A stretch of DNA of 57,323 nt, filler included, from Sphacelaria rigidula (lineage: Eukaryota), in the NCBI GenBank assembly GCA_964200075.2. It is 3 parts of 3 records of this genome, joined end to end, with 100 filler letters (N's around TTAATTAATTAA, not from the genome) between each part and the next. Parts side by side here need not be neighbours in the genome. Positions count along the whole stretch, not along the records: positions 38,292 to 57,323 come from CAXNAA020000744.1; 2 more parts are not named here. One strand, written 5' to 3'. The notes beneath the pieces were generated by a model. It worked only from the letters and a program-made list of their open reading frames with translations. It was not told where the DNA came from and ran no database searches. How positions within the stretch are numbered: position 1 is the first letter of the stretch; each line of letters opens with the position of its first letter. Both the position numbers and the translations under genes were made by a program. Of the stretch, positions 38,292 through 51,900 are shown piece after piece.

Positions 38292-39467
38292 TTCGTGACA
38301 CTTTTAGCTGGTTTTGGGGGGGGGGGCTATCGTAGAAAGTGTCTACCGCAGACAAATGAGACGGAAACACTAACTGGACGAAAGTGAAGAAAACGTGAAG
38401 GTAAAACAGACGGAGTAGATTGAAAAAAACGCCGGATTGGGAATTCATTATTTGTTATTTCGCAACAATTTGGAGGCCGCTGATTGGTCGAGCTACCTTT
38501 TCGCCCTTAGCGTCATTGCTCTGATCTTGAACGAAAAACCCGGCTTTGTCATCCATTTCAGTTGTCCATGGCGGTCAGCATGATGCCATGTATGCGACTA
38601 TTGGGTAGGTATTGCGGAAGGCATTCACTGATGACACAAGTTTGGGTGATGGGCGTGAGCCAGCTCATAGCGACGCCTGCCATTGTATTTTCTTAGAGGG
38701 ATTAAAATGAAAAAAGATGGAGGTGGGAATCATGAGGAGGGAGAATTACTCCTTCCTGATGTTTCTTTGTGCAGGAAATAGATCTCTTGTTGACAATCGC
38801 GCAGGAGTGAAGGAGTATTCAATTCCTGATCATACTGCAATGACACCTGCACAACGTATTAAAATCTCAATGTTTTGACTACTTGTCGGTACATTGCTAT
38901 CACGTCGCGTACCAAGCGTATACAAGCTCTAGGCCTTGTGTTGTAGACCCTTGCTTCTCTCAGTACAGTATGTCGTGATCGTGGTCAGCACGCTGTTTAT
39001 GCCCCTCCCCCACCCCCGCCCCCGCTTAAAAACAAAAGTGTTCATGATCAGTTCATTTACCCGTTTATCAATGAATATCAGTACTACCACTGTGGGTGTC
39101 ATGTAGTTGAACTTCATTATACAAGAAGTGAGAATGATCCAGGCATCAAATCGACCACCGTCAGTCGTTCACCACCAAGATGGGCGATCTGGGTATCACA
39201 TCCATTTTTCGAGTGAAAGTGATGCCGCTTCGGCAGATGACGCGCCTTGCCGGTAGAAGGGTTGACGGGTTGATGGCTTCAACACGGGTCGACGCCAATT
39301 GTGCTTCTTCTGGTGGAGTTGTGGGTATGCTCGTCGAACACCCAAGTATGATCCATGCGAAAACGGTCGTCTCGGATGAGAGACTGTAGCGCAGCGGTCT
39401 CTCACGTGCACTTATTCTTCAACCCACCAATTATCCTCTCAACTCTGATGTTTGTACGTCACGATAG

Positions 39468-42400
39468 GAACGTGACCGACTGCGAGCTGAGAAATCAATT
39501 GCGAGAGAGCAGGCGGCCGAGCGCATGAGGGCGGAGCGCCAGCGCGCGGCCGAGCAAGCGCGACTTGACCGACAGTATTTTGCTCTGAGCAGAGAAAAAG
39601 AACTTGAACGAGAAACGGCGAATAAGATGTTGATACAGGAAGAAGCTGTGAGGTAGGACAGGAAGTGCGTTGGGTACGAGGTAGGGGGAGGTGACGGGGA
39701 AAAGCGGTCCAACGTCACCTTGCTCCGTTTGACGTACGGAGATCATTGATACACACAGAGATCACGTGCTCACCTTCAGAATGCGAACCAGGTGTTTCTC
39801 TTGCGCAAAGTTACTCTCCTGGATGCCAAGTGCGTACTGACTTTACGAGACTATCAAAATCAGTTGACATATGATTCTTGCGGTATTGCCAGACAACTAT
39901 ACAGTACAACGCCGCGGTAAAACGGCTAGTGTGCAATTTTGGACCATAAATCCTTGTCCTCTGTGCAGGCGTCTAGAAGCAGAGGACCAGCTGAGACAAC
40001 GTCAGGCTGATTGGGCCGCCCAGCAACGCGCGGAAGAGATCAAGCGAAAAGCGGAGATCCTTGACAGTCGAATCAAGCGTGGAGTTCGCGTACGCAGGGC
40101 AAGAGAGTTGCGAAATGAGAGAGAAGCGGCAAAAAGAGCGGACGAACGTGAAGCTGCTGTAGAGGCAGCAAGAAGGTGGCGCAAGATCCCCCCTGTCATC
40201 CTCTATCATGTGTATTCGTAAAAAGACAATACAAAGCGAAGGCTCGCCCTATTCTCTCATTAACAGCGGTGACCGGAAAATGCCTCTCTGCTTCATGGCA
40301 TTTGTTTTCGAAAAAATCACGACCACTGCTATTCATGTAATGAATCAAGAGCATTTGCCCTTTTTCTGAACGAGTAGCACGTCATATCTTGTGCCCAATT
40401 TGCGGAACGTGGCTAGAAAAGGGACGGACGCAAAAGGTCGCTTCCCACGATGCACATACAATACAAGGTTTTGCGGACATTCGGCACCGGATTTAGGAGA
40501 AGGTTAGCAAAACGTGGTATTGAAACTACCGAGAATTCGGAGAGATATTCATGCAAGGGCAGGTCGGGTAGGATATGTACTTTTGAATACTCGGGTACAA
40601 TACGGGGGTATTCACTCTACCCAAGGTTTGAGTAGATTTGGTACGGCCTCAAGTACTCTACCCATATTTTGGGTAGATCGGGTACGACCTCGAATACGCT
40701 ACCCGAATATTGGGCAAGCACCGTCAGCAACACCTAGGGATAGAGTATCAGTGGGGTATTACCTCAAAACTCTACCCGAGTTTGGGGTAAATTGGGTACA
40801 ACCTCAAGTACTCCACCCAAAATTTGGGTACTTTGGGTACGATTTCTATACTGTAAATTACTCAAATATGGGCAGATCGGGTACGACCTCAAATACTCCA
40901 CCCAAATTTGGGTGAGCGCTTTCAGCGTTACCTGGGTATGGAGTATCACTTGGATATGACCTCGGTACTCCACCAAAAAAATGGGTAAGTTGGGTACGAT
41001 CTGAATTTTTCTGCCAAAAATTAGGGTAGATTGGATACGGTTTCGATACTTTACCCAGATATTAGGTAAGGCCGTGTCTTGGCACATTATGTTTCGATCG
41101 AAAAAAACTGCGGTGAAATGAATTTGAACGAGTTCGTTCATTTCTCGCGAGGATGATCCAAGCAAATTTTCAAGCTTTCGCTCGAAAAAAGGTAGTGAAA
41201 TTCGTGAAGCGGCACCTGTTCGCTTGTCTACAGTACAGTACTGTACTGCCTGCGCTGTATGCATACAGTGTGCCTGAGTGTGTGTGTGCGTGTTTCGTAC
41301 AGTAAGATGTGACAGAGGAGCGGGCAACGTGCAGTGCAGATGGCGCAGGATTGTTTGTACTCTCTGCTTGCAGTGCGACGTGAAAAGGACTTGAATAATG
41401 TGCAGCTTTGTACGGCCTGCACTGTCCATGAGTGTGCGCAAGTCGGTCGTTCATCACCACGCAGTTCCGTCGCCGACCCCTACCACGAAAGAACAGGTTC
41501 CAGTTTTCGCCGACAAGGAAGCACATCATACCCAACTACTGCAGTTTAGCTATCCCTGTGCCCAACTCGTGCTCTATGCTGCACGATTGCAGTGGTAGCT
41601 GAGAATGAGTTGTGCGGGGTTCGCATGGTTTGATGAACGGGTAGTCTCTGGCGTGGTGGTCTGCAAGATAGGAGTCAAGTGCCCCCTCGCACCTTTCCTC
41701 CGCATGCTTTCGATCGAAGAAGCCAAGGGCAGGTCGGGTAGGGTATGTACCTCTGAGTACTCGGGTAAAGTACCCGGGTATTCACTCTACCCAAGGTTTG
41801 GGGAGATTGGGTACGGCATCAAACACTCGACCCAAATTTTGGGTAGATTGGGTACGACCTCAATGCTCTACCCGAATATTGTGTGAGCACCCTGAGCAAT
41901 ACCTGGGTATAGAGTATGACTTGAGGATAACTTTAACACTATACCCAAATTTTGAGTAGATCGGGTACGACCTCCAATACCTCACCGAAAGATTGGGTTG
42001 GCACTTTCAGCAACACCTGGGGATAGAGTATCACTTGGATTTGACCTCAAGACTACACCCAAAGTTTGGGTGTGTTAGGTACGATCCGAAATCCTCTACC
42101 CTTTGGAGATTGAATACGACCTCAACTACTTTACCCTTATTTTGGGGTTCAAAGAGCATGACTTGAAAAAAAAAATCGAGTATTGGGTATATACCCTATC
42201 CAACTTGCCCTTGTATTCTTGTCATTTGTTTTATTCTATCCTTCGTCAAATTTGCATCCGCACCTGCGAGCAGGATGCGAGAAGCAGAGGCGGAGGCAAG
42301 AAAGGTGACAGGTATGGCTAGGAACGCGGCTGCACGAATAGCCGTGGACGAGGCACGGCGTAGGCGCGACGAGGACGTCCAGCTGTTGCGGATCAACATC

Positions 42401-45400
42401 CAAGAACGATTTGCCGAGCTAGAAGCCCGCGCAGATACTTTTCGCCACCGTCGAAACGTGTGTTTCAAAACATGTACTTTCTCTGCCATAAGTGAAGGTC
42501 CTTATGATTGCACGGACCCTTAACGGTGTGATATTTGATTTTCGATCTTTTGATTGCATTCGTCGGCGTTTTATGAGCTAAAACCAACCTTTTTTCTACA
42601 ACGTGGGTGCTTGACCCATGCAGCCGCGCGGCTGGGAAAAGTAGGTCGGTCCAAAAATGGCCATTTTTCGCCCGTCTTCCCAGGAAAACATGAGAGACCC
42701 GGGAACACAAAAAAATCGCGAAAAGTGGGCCAGAAAATGTGAAAGCCGCGAAATCACCATTGATTTGGGACATTTCCGTGATGTTAACCTACGCACACCC
42801 TGTCCAACATTTTGTTAGCATGTAGTTGCTAGTGCTCGACGTGAAAACGTCCAAAATTGGTCAATAATGGGGGGTATAAATTGATCAAAATGGAGGATAT
42901 TTCGACAAAATTTTAGTGATGAAAACAACTTTTTTTTCGTACTTGGTTCATCAGCTTCGTTTGCCCTTTACCTCTCTAACGAACCCAACCATAGGATGGT
43001 CGTCAACGTTGAAACACCCAAACGATTGAACGCCCATGAGGGCCTTTACTTATGGCACAGAGGAAGCATTCATTTCGATTTTATCGGACAACCAAGAAAA
43101 CTCCTGCGCCCTGAAGTAGAGTGCCCCCAAACCTAACAACGTGTATAGACCTCTAACGAGTCGCTCCTTTTAAACTTTTAGCTTGTAAGAGTTATGCTGT
43201 ACTGTAAGTGTATTGGTTGGCAAACATGGAAAAAGCGAAGGCGGCCCATTGGCAGCACAATTAATTTCGTTTTGATCAAATCCTTTCACGGTTGAAGGAT
43301 TGACAGGTCGTCACGGGTAAGGATATCTCTTGTTGTCTTGCAATTATCACTTTTTTATTACAGGAGATAACGCACAGGGAACGGGTGCTGCATGAGGAAC
43401 AAGCGACGGAGCTAGCGCAACAACGGCACCAGGCTGCGCAGCGCAAGATAGAGGATGCCGCCAGGCAAAGAGAAGCAGAGCTCCAAGACAAGGCCAGGAG
43501 AGAGAGACAAATGGCACTAGCTCTCGAGGTATATCTGGAGTAAAGCTGTCGGCGAGGAAATGAACACGTTGAAAAATGTGGGCTGACGAGGGTGGTGCGG
43601 CTCGTGATTTCCGCCTTTTTCAGTTGACCGTAGGGCATCATGAACCTACAGTTGATGCAGGAGCGGGAAGAGAAGAAGGTATGCTAACGTAACACGGGAT
43701 TTTACACATTGGGGATGGATTTTTTTATTGGGAATGAGAACCCGAAGAATTAAAATCTTCGTATCCTCACCACATCTTCGAAATATGGCTCTCTTTCTTC
43801 ACCATATCGTAGATATTGACAACGACTACACGCCATACGAATTTGGATTTCGATATCCGAAATGTTAGGGTGAACAACCGATTTAGGGGACCCTTGGCGA
43901 TCTGATCGGATCATATAAATTCCACAAAATTGGTTCTTCACCTGGGACCCCAACATGTCGGTTATCAGGATCCAAATTTGTATGGCGTGTAGTAGCTGTC
44001 AATAGCTACCAGAAAGTGAAGGCATAGAACCATATTTCGAAGATTTGGTGTGCATACGAACATTTTAATTCACCGGGTTCTTATCCTCAATAAAAAATCC
44101 GTCCCCAATTTGTGAAGTCCCGTATTATGTACTGGTACGCTTCTGCGATCGGCGTGTACAACGTAAATTGAGCGTTGGTGTAGGAGCGCGTGGGGGAGGG
44201 GGGGGAAGGGGGGGATGCAGGGGTATCAGCACTCACAAAAAGAGAATCGCCTAGCTGACATGTCATGGGTCCAAGGTTCCTGGGAATGCCTGGACGGAGG
44301 TGAAGATATTCGTTTGGTATATTCGATGGGATGAGGATACGCAGAACGCTTTTTCTTATACTCTCCTCGTGTGGCAGCGCCCCGTGCATCGACGCCCGAG
44401 CGGAAACGGGCGGTGTCGAGCTGAACCAAGTCACGAAGATGTTTGCATCTGACCGTCGAAAGGCCCGCACGTGGGCTTAGAGCAGGAAAGCGCGAACTTA
44501 CATGTTGCGTCGTCGCCTTGGTCGGTTGATACCAGATCCGCAGGGAGGAAGAGGCGGCAAAACGGCAAGAACACACACGTGAAAGGGAATCTCAGATGAA
44601 GAAGGCCGTAGACAAGCGAAATCAGGCTGAGCAACGGAGGTGAGGGGTCGGAATTAGCTCTGAGTGGTGGAGTCGGTTGTAAACGAGAGTTGATTGGGTG
44701 GACCGTACAATTCCCTCCGCTGAAGAATTTAAATGCATCGAGACGTCGAGGCATCAATATACGAATTTACGGCGACTATTGCTGTGCAATCAAGTGTGAA
44801 GGATCGTTAGTGCAGTTTCTGTTGGGTAGAACATGACCACAAACTTTGGGCGGAGGTACAGTGCTAACTTTCGAGTGAAGGCTGCCATGGACAACCCCCT
44901 CCCAGTCGAAAAGTACGTAGCAGTTGGGACGATGGCAACTTATTCCTTTGTCGGTTTCGATGTTTGATATTGGAATCACAGGCAAGACGCTACCAGACAA
45001 AAATTGGAAGGAGAAGCGCTGAAGGTGGAGCTCCTCAAGCAGCAAAAGGAACGGCTAAAATCCACCAGGACCGCGATGTGCCGCGAAGCGTGAGCTTTAT
45101 GGTGTCTGATTATCTCATCGATCTTACGGTCAGCTTTTGGATTGCGGCTATAGTACACGTTCATGTGGCAACTGGCTTTCTCCGCGGGAGAAAGGGTTAC
45201 ATTTCACCGTTTTCTTTCAACGGTAGCTCTCTGACGTAGTTTGGTTGTCTTTGTACTTTTTCTACAGCTGGGAGGGGCCTATTGAAGGATGCCTTTAAAG
45301 TCTCGAACATTTCGCGTTCTAAAAAGTGTAAGGCATCTACTTCAACAAAGGTAGTTTTTGCTCCATATCTATTTTTACGCCATAATGACCACCTGCGCGC

Positions 45401-48250
45401 GCGGTATCGTTCTGGCCGGCATGCTTTTCAGTGCAAAGCAGCGGGAGTCACTCAAGGAGCATATCGGGGCGCTTAGGGTGAGAATCGCGGGGTACCGGAA
45501 GCTCCACTTTCATTGTACTAGAAGAAGTGTTGGGTCGCGTTGCGCGATCACTGCGCTTATGTGAGATATTTTTTAAATTTCCACTCAAAGCCTGTTGGCA
45601 GGAGGAGTGATTTTTGTGGCAATATATCTTACATCAACTAGAGCGAGCCGAAGCGGGTGAACCGCCGAGTCGTGTCCTTGTCGGCGGAAGTGCGGGTGTA
45701 AACAGTTTGCTCCCCCACCCATACCCTCATGACACAATCTTTAGGGCCAATTGAACGGATGCATGAGTTTCGACACCATCGCGGAGGCCGTAGCCGCGGC
45801 CGCACAACGCACCGACAACGACGACCTTCCTTGCGAGGGGGTCAGAAAGCAGAACAGCAAAATTCGCCCCCGCTCCACCAACACTGTCGAAACACCATGG
45901 GCTGGCGCGAGGAGCAACACTTCAGGAGACAGGCCCCCTGAGCTGAATAACACGGTGGATGATGTTTCATCTAGCGGCAAATTCTGCAGCACGGGAAATG
46001 GAGGGCAACACGACATATCACGGGAGAAAACAAACCAAGTACGAAATGCGGTCGCGTCGACAGCCGGAGATGGTGGAGGAGGAAGCAACGTGATGAATGG
46101 CCTCCGAGTTCCGCACCCTCCGTCCATGCGTTCTCCGACAGCCAATGTTGGAAACGACACCGGCACACGTGCGAAATCCAGATTGACCCGGGCCAGGACG
46201 GCAAGTGCATCGCCGAGTGATCTCGGGGCATACCCCGGAGTTTTCAATGACGGAGGCTTGCAAGGGAATGGCGATGGCAGAGATGCTGATGGTTGCCATG
46301 GTTCCATTGAAGTGCGCAAGAAGCCGCAACATCGGAATGCCAAAGCGACTGGTGTCGACAAAAAAAGGAGCGACCCCATTGCCAATATTAGGCAGCGATA
46401 TTGCTGTGGTTCCGGAGGTTTGGGCTCGGGCTCTGCCTCTCACGGCGTCGCGAGGTCGGTTGCCACCAGAAAGAAGCGGGGTGGAGCCGACAGCGCAAGT
46501 GGCGGTATCGGCGGCGGTGGCACCCGGAAGTCAAAGCGCAACTATTTACCACGATACATCCAGAACCAGCCTCCAGGAGATGTGTTGAGTATAAAAGGCA
46601 GCTGCAGTAGTCGCAGTGACCAGTCACCGCGACGTAGCATCCGCGGCAAGAAAGCTGACGGAGATCTGTCCGGACAGGTACTCATCGGTAATCACCGATG
46701 CAAGGTTGGACGCGGAGCAGTGAAACGAACCGAGGGGTTATATATACGACAATCAAAACAGCGACGACGACCGCGGCTAGATGGTGGTGAAATGACTGGC
46801 GAGGGTCTTCGAAGCCGATACGACCGCGAGTTGCTAGAAACTCTCGAGGTTGAGCAGGTGCGCATGCCTTTTGTTATGTGTTCTCTCTTGGTTTTGATTC
46901 TCCAATCGGTTTCAAAAACACGAAATATTGGCGTACGTATCGGCTGCAACAGCGTACCCTACTATATATATATATATATACTTCCTCTGTCCCACAAGTA
47001 AATATATCTATATTTGTACGGGCCCTGAACGATGTCTGATCGTTTTTCCTTTTTGAAATGAACTCTACGTTTTTTTTTGGGGTCGAGAAAATGTGTTTAC
47101 AATTTTCAGCTCGTGCTTGAACCATGCAGCCGCGCAGCCGAGAAAAAGTAGGTCGCTCCAAAAACGACCATTTTTCGCTCGTTTTCACAGGAAAGCATGG
47201 TAGACTCGGGAACACGAAATATCGCGAAAAATGGGCCAAAACATGTGAAAATCGCGAAACCACCATTGATTTTGGACATGTCCGTGATATTAACCTACGC
47301 ACGCCCCATCCAACATTTTGTTAGCATGTAATTGCTTGTGCTCGGCGTGAAAACGTCCAAAATCGGTCAAAGATGGGGGAAAATGGATAAAAAGGGATCG
47401 AAATGGGGTGTATTTCGACATAGTTTAGTGATGACAACAAGTGTTGTTTTTCGTTTTTTTCTTTTATCAGCTTCGTCTGCGCTTTGCCTTTCTAACGAAC
47501 CCAACCACAACATCGTCGCCACCATTGGCACACCTAAACTATGTATCGCCGTTAGGTACCTGTACTTATGGGACAGAGAAAGTATATGCGGAGATAGACT
47601 ATCCATAGCTTCGACATACATTCTCGACACTCCAGCCCGGCAACCTGTCCCCTGTCTTCCTTGAAACCTGAACGCTTACGACCAAAAAGGCGGCGGAGAG
47701 CGCCAGAGAAAAAGAGCTTGCGAAAGCGAAGGAGGTGGCACTCCTCGCTGACACCAGATATCGCACCGCCGCTGCTTCTTTCCGAACCAAGACGAGCAGG
47801 ATAAGCGTTAGATGCGATTGTATTTCAAGCAGTGCGCCACAACTCGAATGGGGTGACGGCGGCGGCTGCCAACGCCTCGATGACATCACCGGAGGAAGGA
47901 AGACAGCGGGGATGTCGAAAGAGCCTCTGGAAAGCGATGAGGTTATGATGACGAAGGGAGGTTGCGACGATCGCCGTGGCGGATCGAGTGGTACGCCCGC
48001 CAGCATGGCGAAAACAGGAGCATCTTCCTTGACGGTTGAAGTCAACCAGGAGATGATTGATGGGATGCAAAGAGAGGCTGAGGCTACCGCGCGCGATGTG
48101 GAAGGATTAGAGGAGAGACTGGCGCGGGAGAGGCTGGCGGCGAGCAAAAGAGTTATGAAGGTCTCCGAGGCGTACGAGAACGCGCTTAGGGGCCTGGCCG
48201 CTCCACAACGATCGGTTGAAACCGCAAGAGCAGCGGAAAGCGTATCTTGA
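39468..48250 (+). CDS. E/R/A/K/Q-rich coiled-coil protein, 5'-partial, at least 10 exons
   Basis: Phase-consistent GT-AG exons: 39468-39652, 39969-40175, 42274-42457, 43364-43528, 43652-43678, 44536-44639, 44982-45089, 45432-45477, 45745-46857 and 47690-48250 (TGA). The translation is a continuous charged helix (ERDRLRAEKSIAREQAAERMRAE..) with one large low-complexity exon. Confidence 0.88.
40554..42213. mobile_element. Composite hAT-type non-autonomous element with passenger DNA, intronic
   Basis: Left end CAAGGGCAGGTCGGGTAGG at 40554 and again at 41724; right end ..CCAACTTGCCCTTG at 42213. Outer 8-bp TSD TATTCATG / TATTCTTG. Dense GGGTACGACCTCAA/TACCCAAA internal repeats. Confidence 0.8.
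42477..43066. mobile_element. Stowaway-like Tc1/mariner MITE, intronic
   Basis: TA|CTTTCTCTGCCATAAGT ... ACTTATGGCACAGAGGAAG; colinear with 46981-47582. Confidence 0.85.
43690..44128. mobile_element. Foldback/MITE element with long inverted arms, intronic
   Basis: ACGGGATTTTACACATTGGGGATGGATTTTTTATTG versus CAATAAAAAATCCGTCCCCAATTTGTGAAGTCCCGT; inner CTACACGCCATAC versus GTATGGCGTGTAG. Confidence 0.82.
46981..47582. mobile_element. Stowaway-like Tc1/mariner MITE inserted at a (TA)n run, intronic
   Basis: (TA)n|CTTCCTCTGTCCCACAAGTA ... TACTTATGGGACAGAGAAAG|TA. Confidence 0.88.
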
Positions 48251-48940
48251 CAGCTTTGCATATTTTGGAGGAAAATCGGTTTTTTGCTCCTTACCGTTTC
48301 CCATCAATACGTTGCATTTGCTGCTGAAAGCTGTTCCATCGCTCAAAGTGAAGTTGCTGCGCGATTGTATGAAATAGACAACATATGAGTGTGCGTAGTG
48401 CGAAAGTGTCGAACCTTGTCTCCACGGATGTAGTGTGCACCCTAACGTTTAACCATGCCCGCGATCGTATAGCCCATGTCTGCTGGACTCTGATCTGGGC
48501 GCAAGCTCTTCTTCAACCGTGTCGCGTGCTAGTGTAGACCTCTCGACAGCAGGTGGAATCAAGAGTAGTGTCGGCCCGAATTCAAACCCTCGCTGTTTCA
48601 ACGGTTGGCACTGCCATCCTCAACACGCTGTGCGCAAACAAGCATAAGTTGTGGTGACTACAAGTGGTATTATTGTGGGCAGTAATTCTGGCCAGCACCG
48701 GGGCGATATGGTTCGGACCCGGCTCAAATTGTTTGTAACCCTACCTTCTATGACTCGAGGCACAGCGGGGTGAACATCGTTGCTGGAGGAGCACGTTCTT
48801 CGCTCGCCTGAGGCTTTAGACCATGCTGCAGTGTGAAAATGAGAGTCTTCCTGAAGCCGGGGGAAACCGAGACATCCAAAGCAGCATCGTATGTACTATC
48901 GTACAAGCATGCCAATTTCTAGCGTCATCGGCCACCACCA

Positions 48941-51900
48941 TCAAAGCGACTGCATCAGGGTACTTGTGACCGCGTTCATACGGGTCTGTCTCGCCACCCT
49001 GCCCGCCTGTCGATTCTCCATGTAGCGCCGAACCCTGCGCACCGCCCCTACCTCTCCATCCCCTCCGAGTTTTCGATCATTTCTTTCCATACCCCCACGA
49101 CCATACGCCCAAGCTACAGCCATGGGTATGCTCACACCCTTCCCGCCTAAGGCACGAGCTATGTTTCCCTCGGTTAATGATGACGAACCGGCGGCGTCGG
49201 CCGCCAGTAAAGGCCGTTTGCTCTTCCCCTGTCGGCTAGCACGCTGAGGATAAGCATGGTTCCCGCTTCCACTCCATTGCGTATTATGCACCGCGGTTGG
49301 CGGTGACGTGACTTGAGATTGACCATGGTGGCGGTGGTGACGCGCGGATCTGGGCACCATCGGGGCTATCGACTTCACACTGTTTTCGAATGGAGAAGTT
49401 GGGTTTCGGTTGCCTGGTTGCCATTGCTGTGTGCAGGGTTTGTGGTCGATGCCATTGACCTGATCACCGTCGTTGACACTACGCACTCCGAACCGGGGAG
49501 GAGGGTGTGCGCGGGTAGCGCCGACAGGTTCTTCTCCGTGGCGTGGGACGCGTGTACTTGTTGCGACCCCGGCTTCTCCGCCCTGCATGACTCACATGGT
49601 CGCAGGAAAGGCCGACGCAACACTGAATCCATGGTGATAGGGGGAAATTCGAGTTGCGTGCAAACTAGTGTTGGGCCCACGACGAATTGGTTCATGTCGA
49701 AATGAACCCCTACATTTGTGGTGGTCTTTAGGACGCAGCTAAATAGACTTGGTGTGTGTGTCGTTTTTCGCATTCTTTCCGATTAAGTCTCGCACGCGGC
49801 CGCGACGCGCTGTCAAACGTGTGAGCATCACCAAAACCAGAAATGTGGCATCTCTGGAACAAGAACGATGGACGCTTTCCCACCTTGCGCTCCGCAGGGG
49901 AAAGCCCAATGAACAGCCCCACAATATTGGCCGAATGAACTGGTCGCTTGTGATCGGCCATCTCTCGCACTCCCGGACAAAGGCCCCATATAACATCGGC
50001 CGCCGACCATATTCCGAGCATACCGCGCAAACACGGAATCGAGGCGGGGATGTCCCTCGTCCCAGGCTGAGGATGTGGAAGATGGGGGAGAGTGTGTTGC
50101 GCCCAAGTAAGTTTCAACGGGAAGTTCGACGCCAGTATTTTGTGAAGTGTACATCACGGAACGATGGATGAGTGTAAACTCCAAACAAAATGGTTGGAGT
50201 TGGAGCACGGATTCCTCTCCTGCGGCAGTGCTGTATCGCGACCACTGGGATGTGAGAGGGCTAGGGAGACCACACATCTCGACGTACTGTAGTCGTCTTG
50301 ATTTCTATTGTACATAACATAAGGCGAAACGACGCACAAGAGTAGGTAGCTGATTCATCCGACAACTGCGGTGTGAAGATGGGAGAGGGCTAGGAGGGCC
50401 ACACATCTTGATGTATTCCTCTTTTTTCACTTGCACGGAACACAAGGCGAAACGACGCACTACAGTAGGTAGCTGATTCATCCCCAATGGCTGTGGACAT
50501 CCTTATCTCTTACCCTCATCCTAGCCTTAACCCTAATCCTCAACAATGATCTATGATGGATACTCGTGGTGAATACGAACATACCTAGTGGATATTCCTA
50601 ACGGATATCCATATCCATCATATTCATAGATGTTTCACGACGATGCAAGTCCGCGCAATTTTTCGCCGAAGCCTATTATGAGATAGAAAGTTGATTGTAA
50701 CAGAGTGATTCACTAGCCCCACCGGCGCACTCACCTTGACGGTGACAGCCGTAGGGGCTACGGCGAGCATATCACCACCGCTGACCAAAGGAATACCCAG
50801 TGTCTCGGTCACACCCAATACACCCGTGTGGATTGACATGGTGCTTCGACTGCACTGGACAGCATCTTCGGTCTTGTTGTCCAAGCGGAGAACTCCTAGG
50901 ATCGTTCCTGTGTAAAGATCGTAGACCACGATCCGCCCGGAAGTGTCCTACAGACATTGTGCGAGAAAAGCGTGTCAATATAACCAGAAATACGTCCCAA
51001 GATTGTTTGCTGCCTTTGTACACCGCGTGTTTTAGGTCAGAATCAGATAATGCTTTGCTGTGGAAGGAGATATCGTCTAGCTATCGGCGTGGGGATCGCC
51101 TGTAGTACATACCGTCGAGGCCACACGACTGCGTTAACGAGCTCACGAAATATCTGTCTCCTCACCCGACAGGTCCCACAAGATACAGTCGTCGCACAAG
51201 TGTGTACGTGCGATGCTCGGACCATGTCACGCACATAAACGCAACTTAAAATGGGACCTGGACTCAACGTGACAGTCTTGACCCTTTGGTCATGGACACA
51301 TGGCTGACTGTGCTTTGCCGCTGCTTCTCAAGTTTGAACAAGCTGGAAGGTGATGCAGAAGCAAACCAAACTGGCGGCACATGGGGATAGGTGCACTTCA
51401 AGGGGCTACCATGTGACCTCCGCTGTAGTACAGCATTGCATCTTAGAACTACGCTTGTTCTACTAAGAGGGGTATCGTACCTGTGCGAAGGTCAGAGGCG
51501 TCTGGTCGAGGCAGACGACCTGAACGATGCCGCTGTCACGGGCGTCGTGGAGACAGTGAAGGGCAGGCAACGACCGACGATTTCCACTGCTATCGTCGCT
51601 CGAGTGCGTTGGTGGCGAAGATGAAATGTCATGGATGTGTATCATTTCGTCCTCGCTGCCGGATACAAGAAACCTGAAAAGTGTTGTTTGCAAGAACGTA
51701 TAATGTGTGCTCCGATCGAGATAGGCGATGGGAGGTGCAAAGGACCTCGGCAAACCCGAAGTTGTGAACTTCGTCGTGAGGATGCAGTCTCATATCTTTT
51801 TGATGCCTGAGTCTCGCTCTCTACGGGGGGCCACAGTGTCTTTGCGAACGATTTGGATCCACCTGCTACCTTCATGCCATTTTTCCGAGTCATAATAGCA

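Noticed and set aside
40764..41441. 225-aa ORF resembling ORF 19969-20319
   Set aside because: The similarity is explained by the shared DNA repeat; the ORF crosses element boundaries and has no domain signature.
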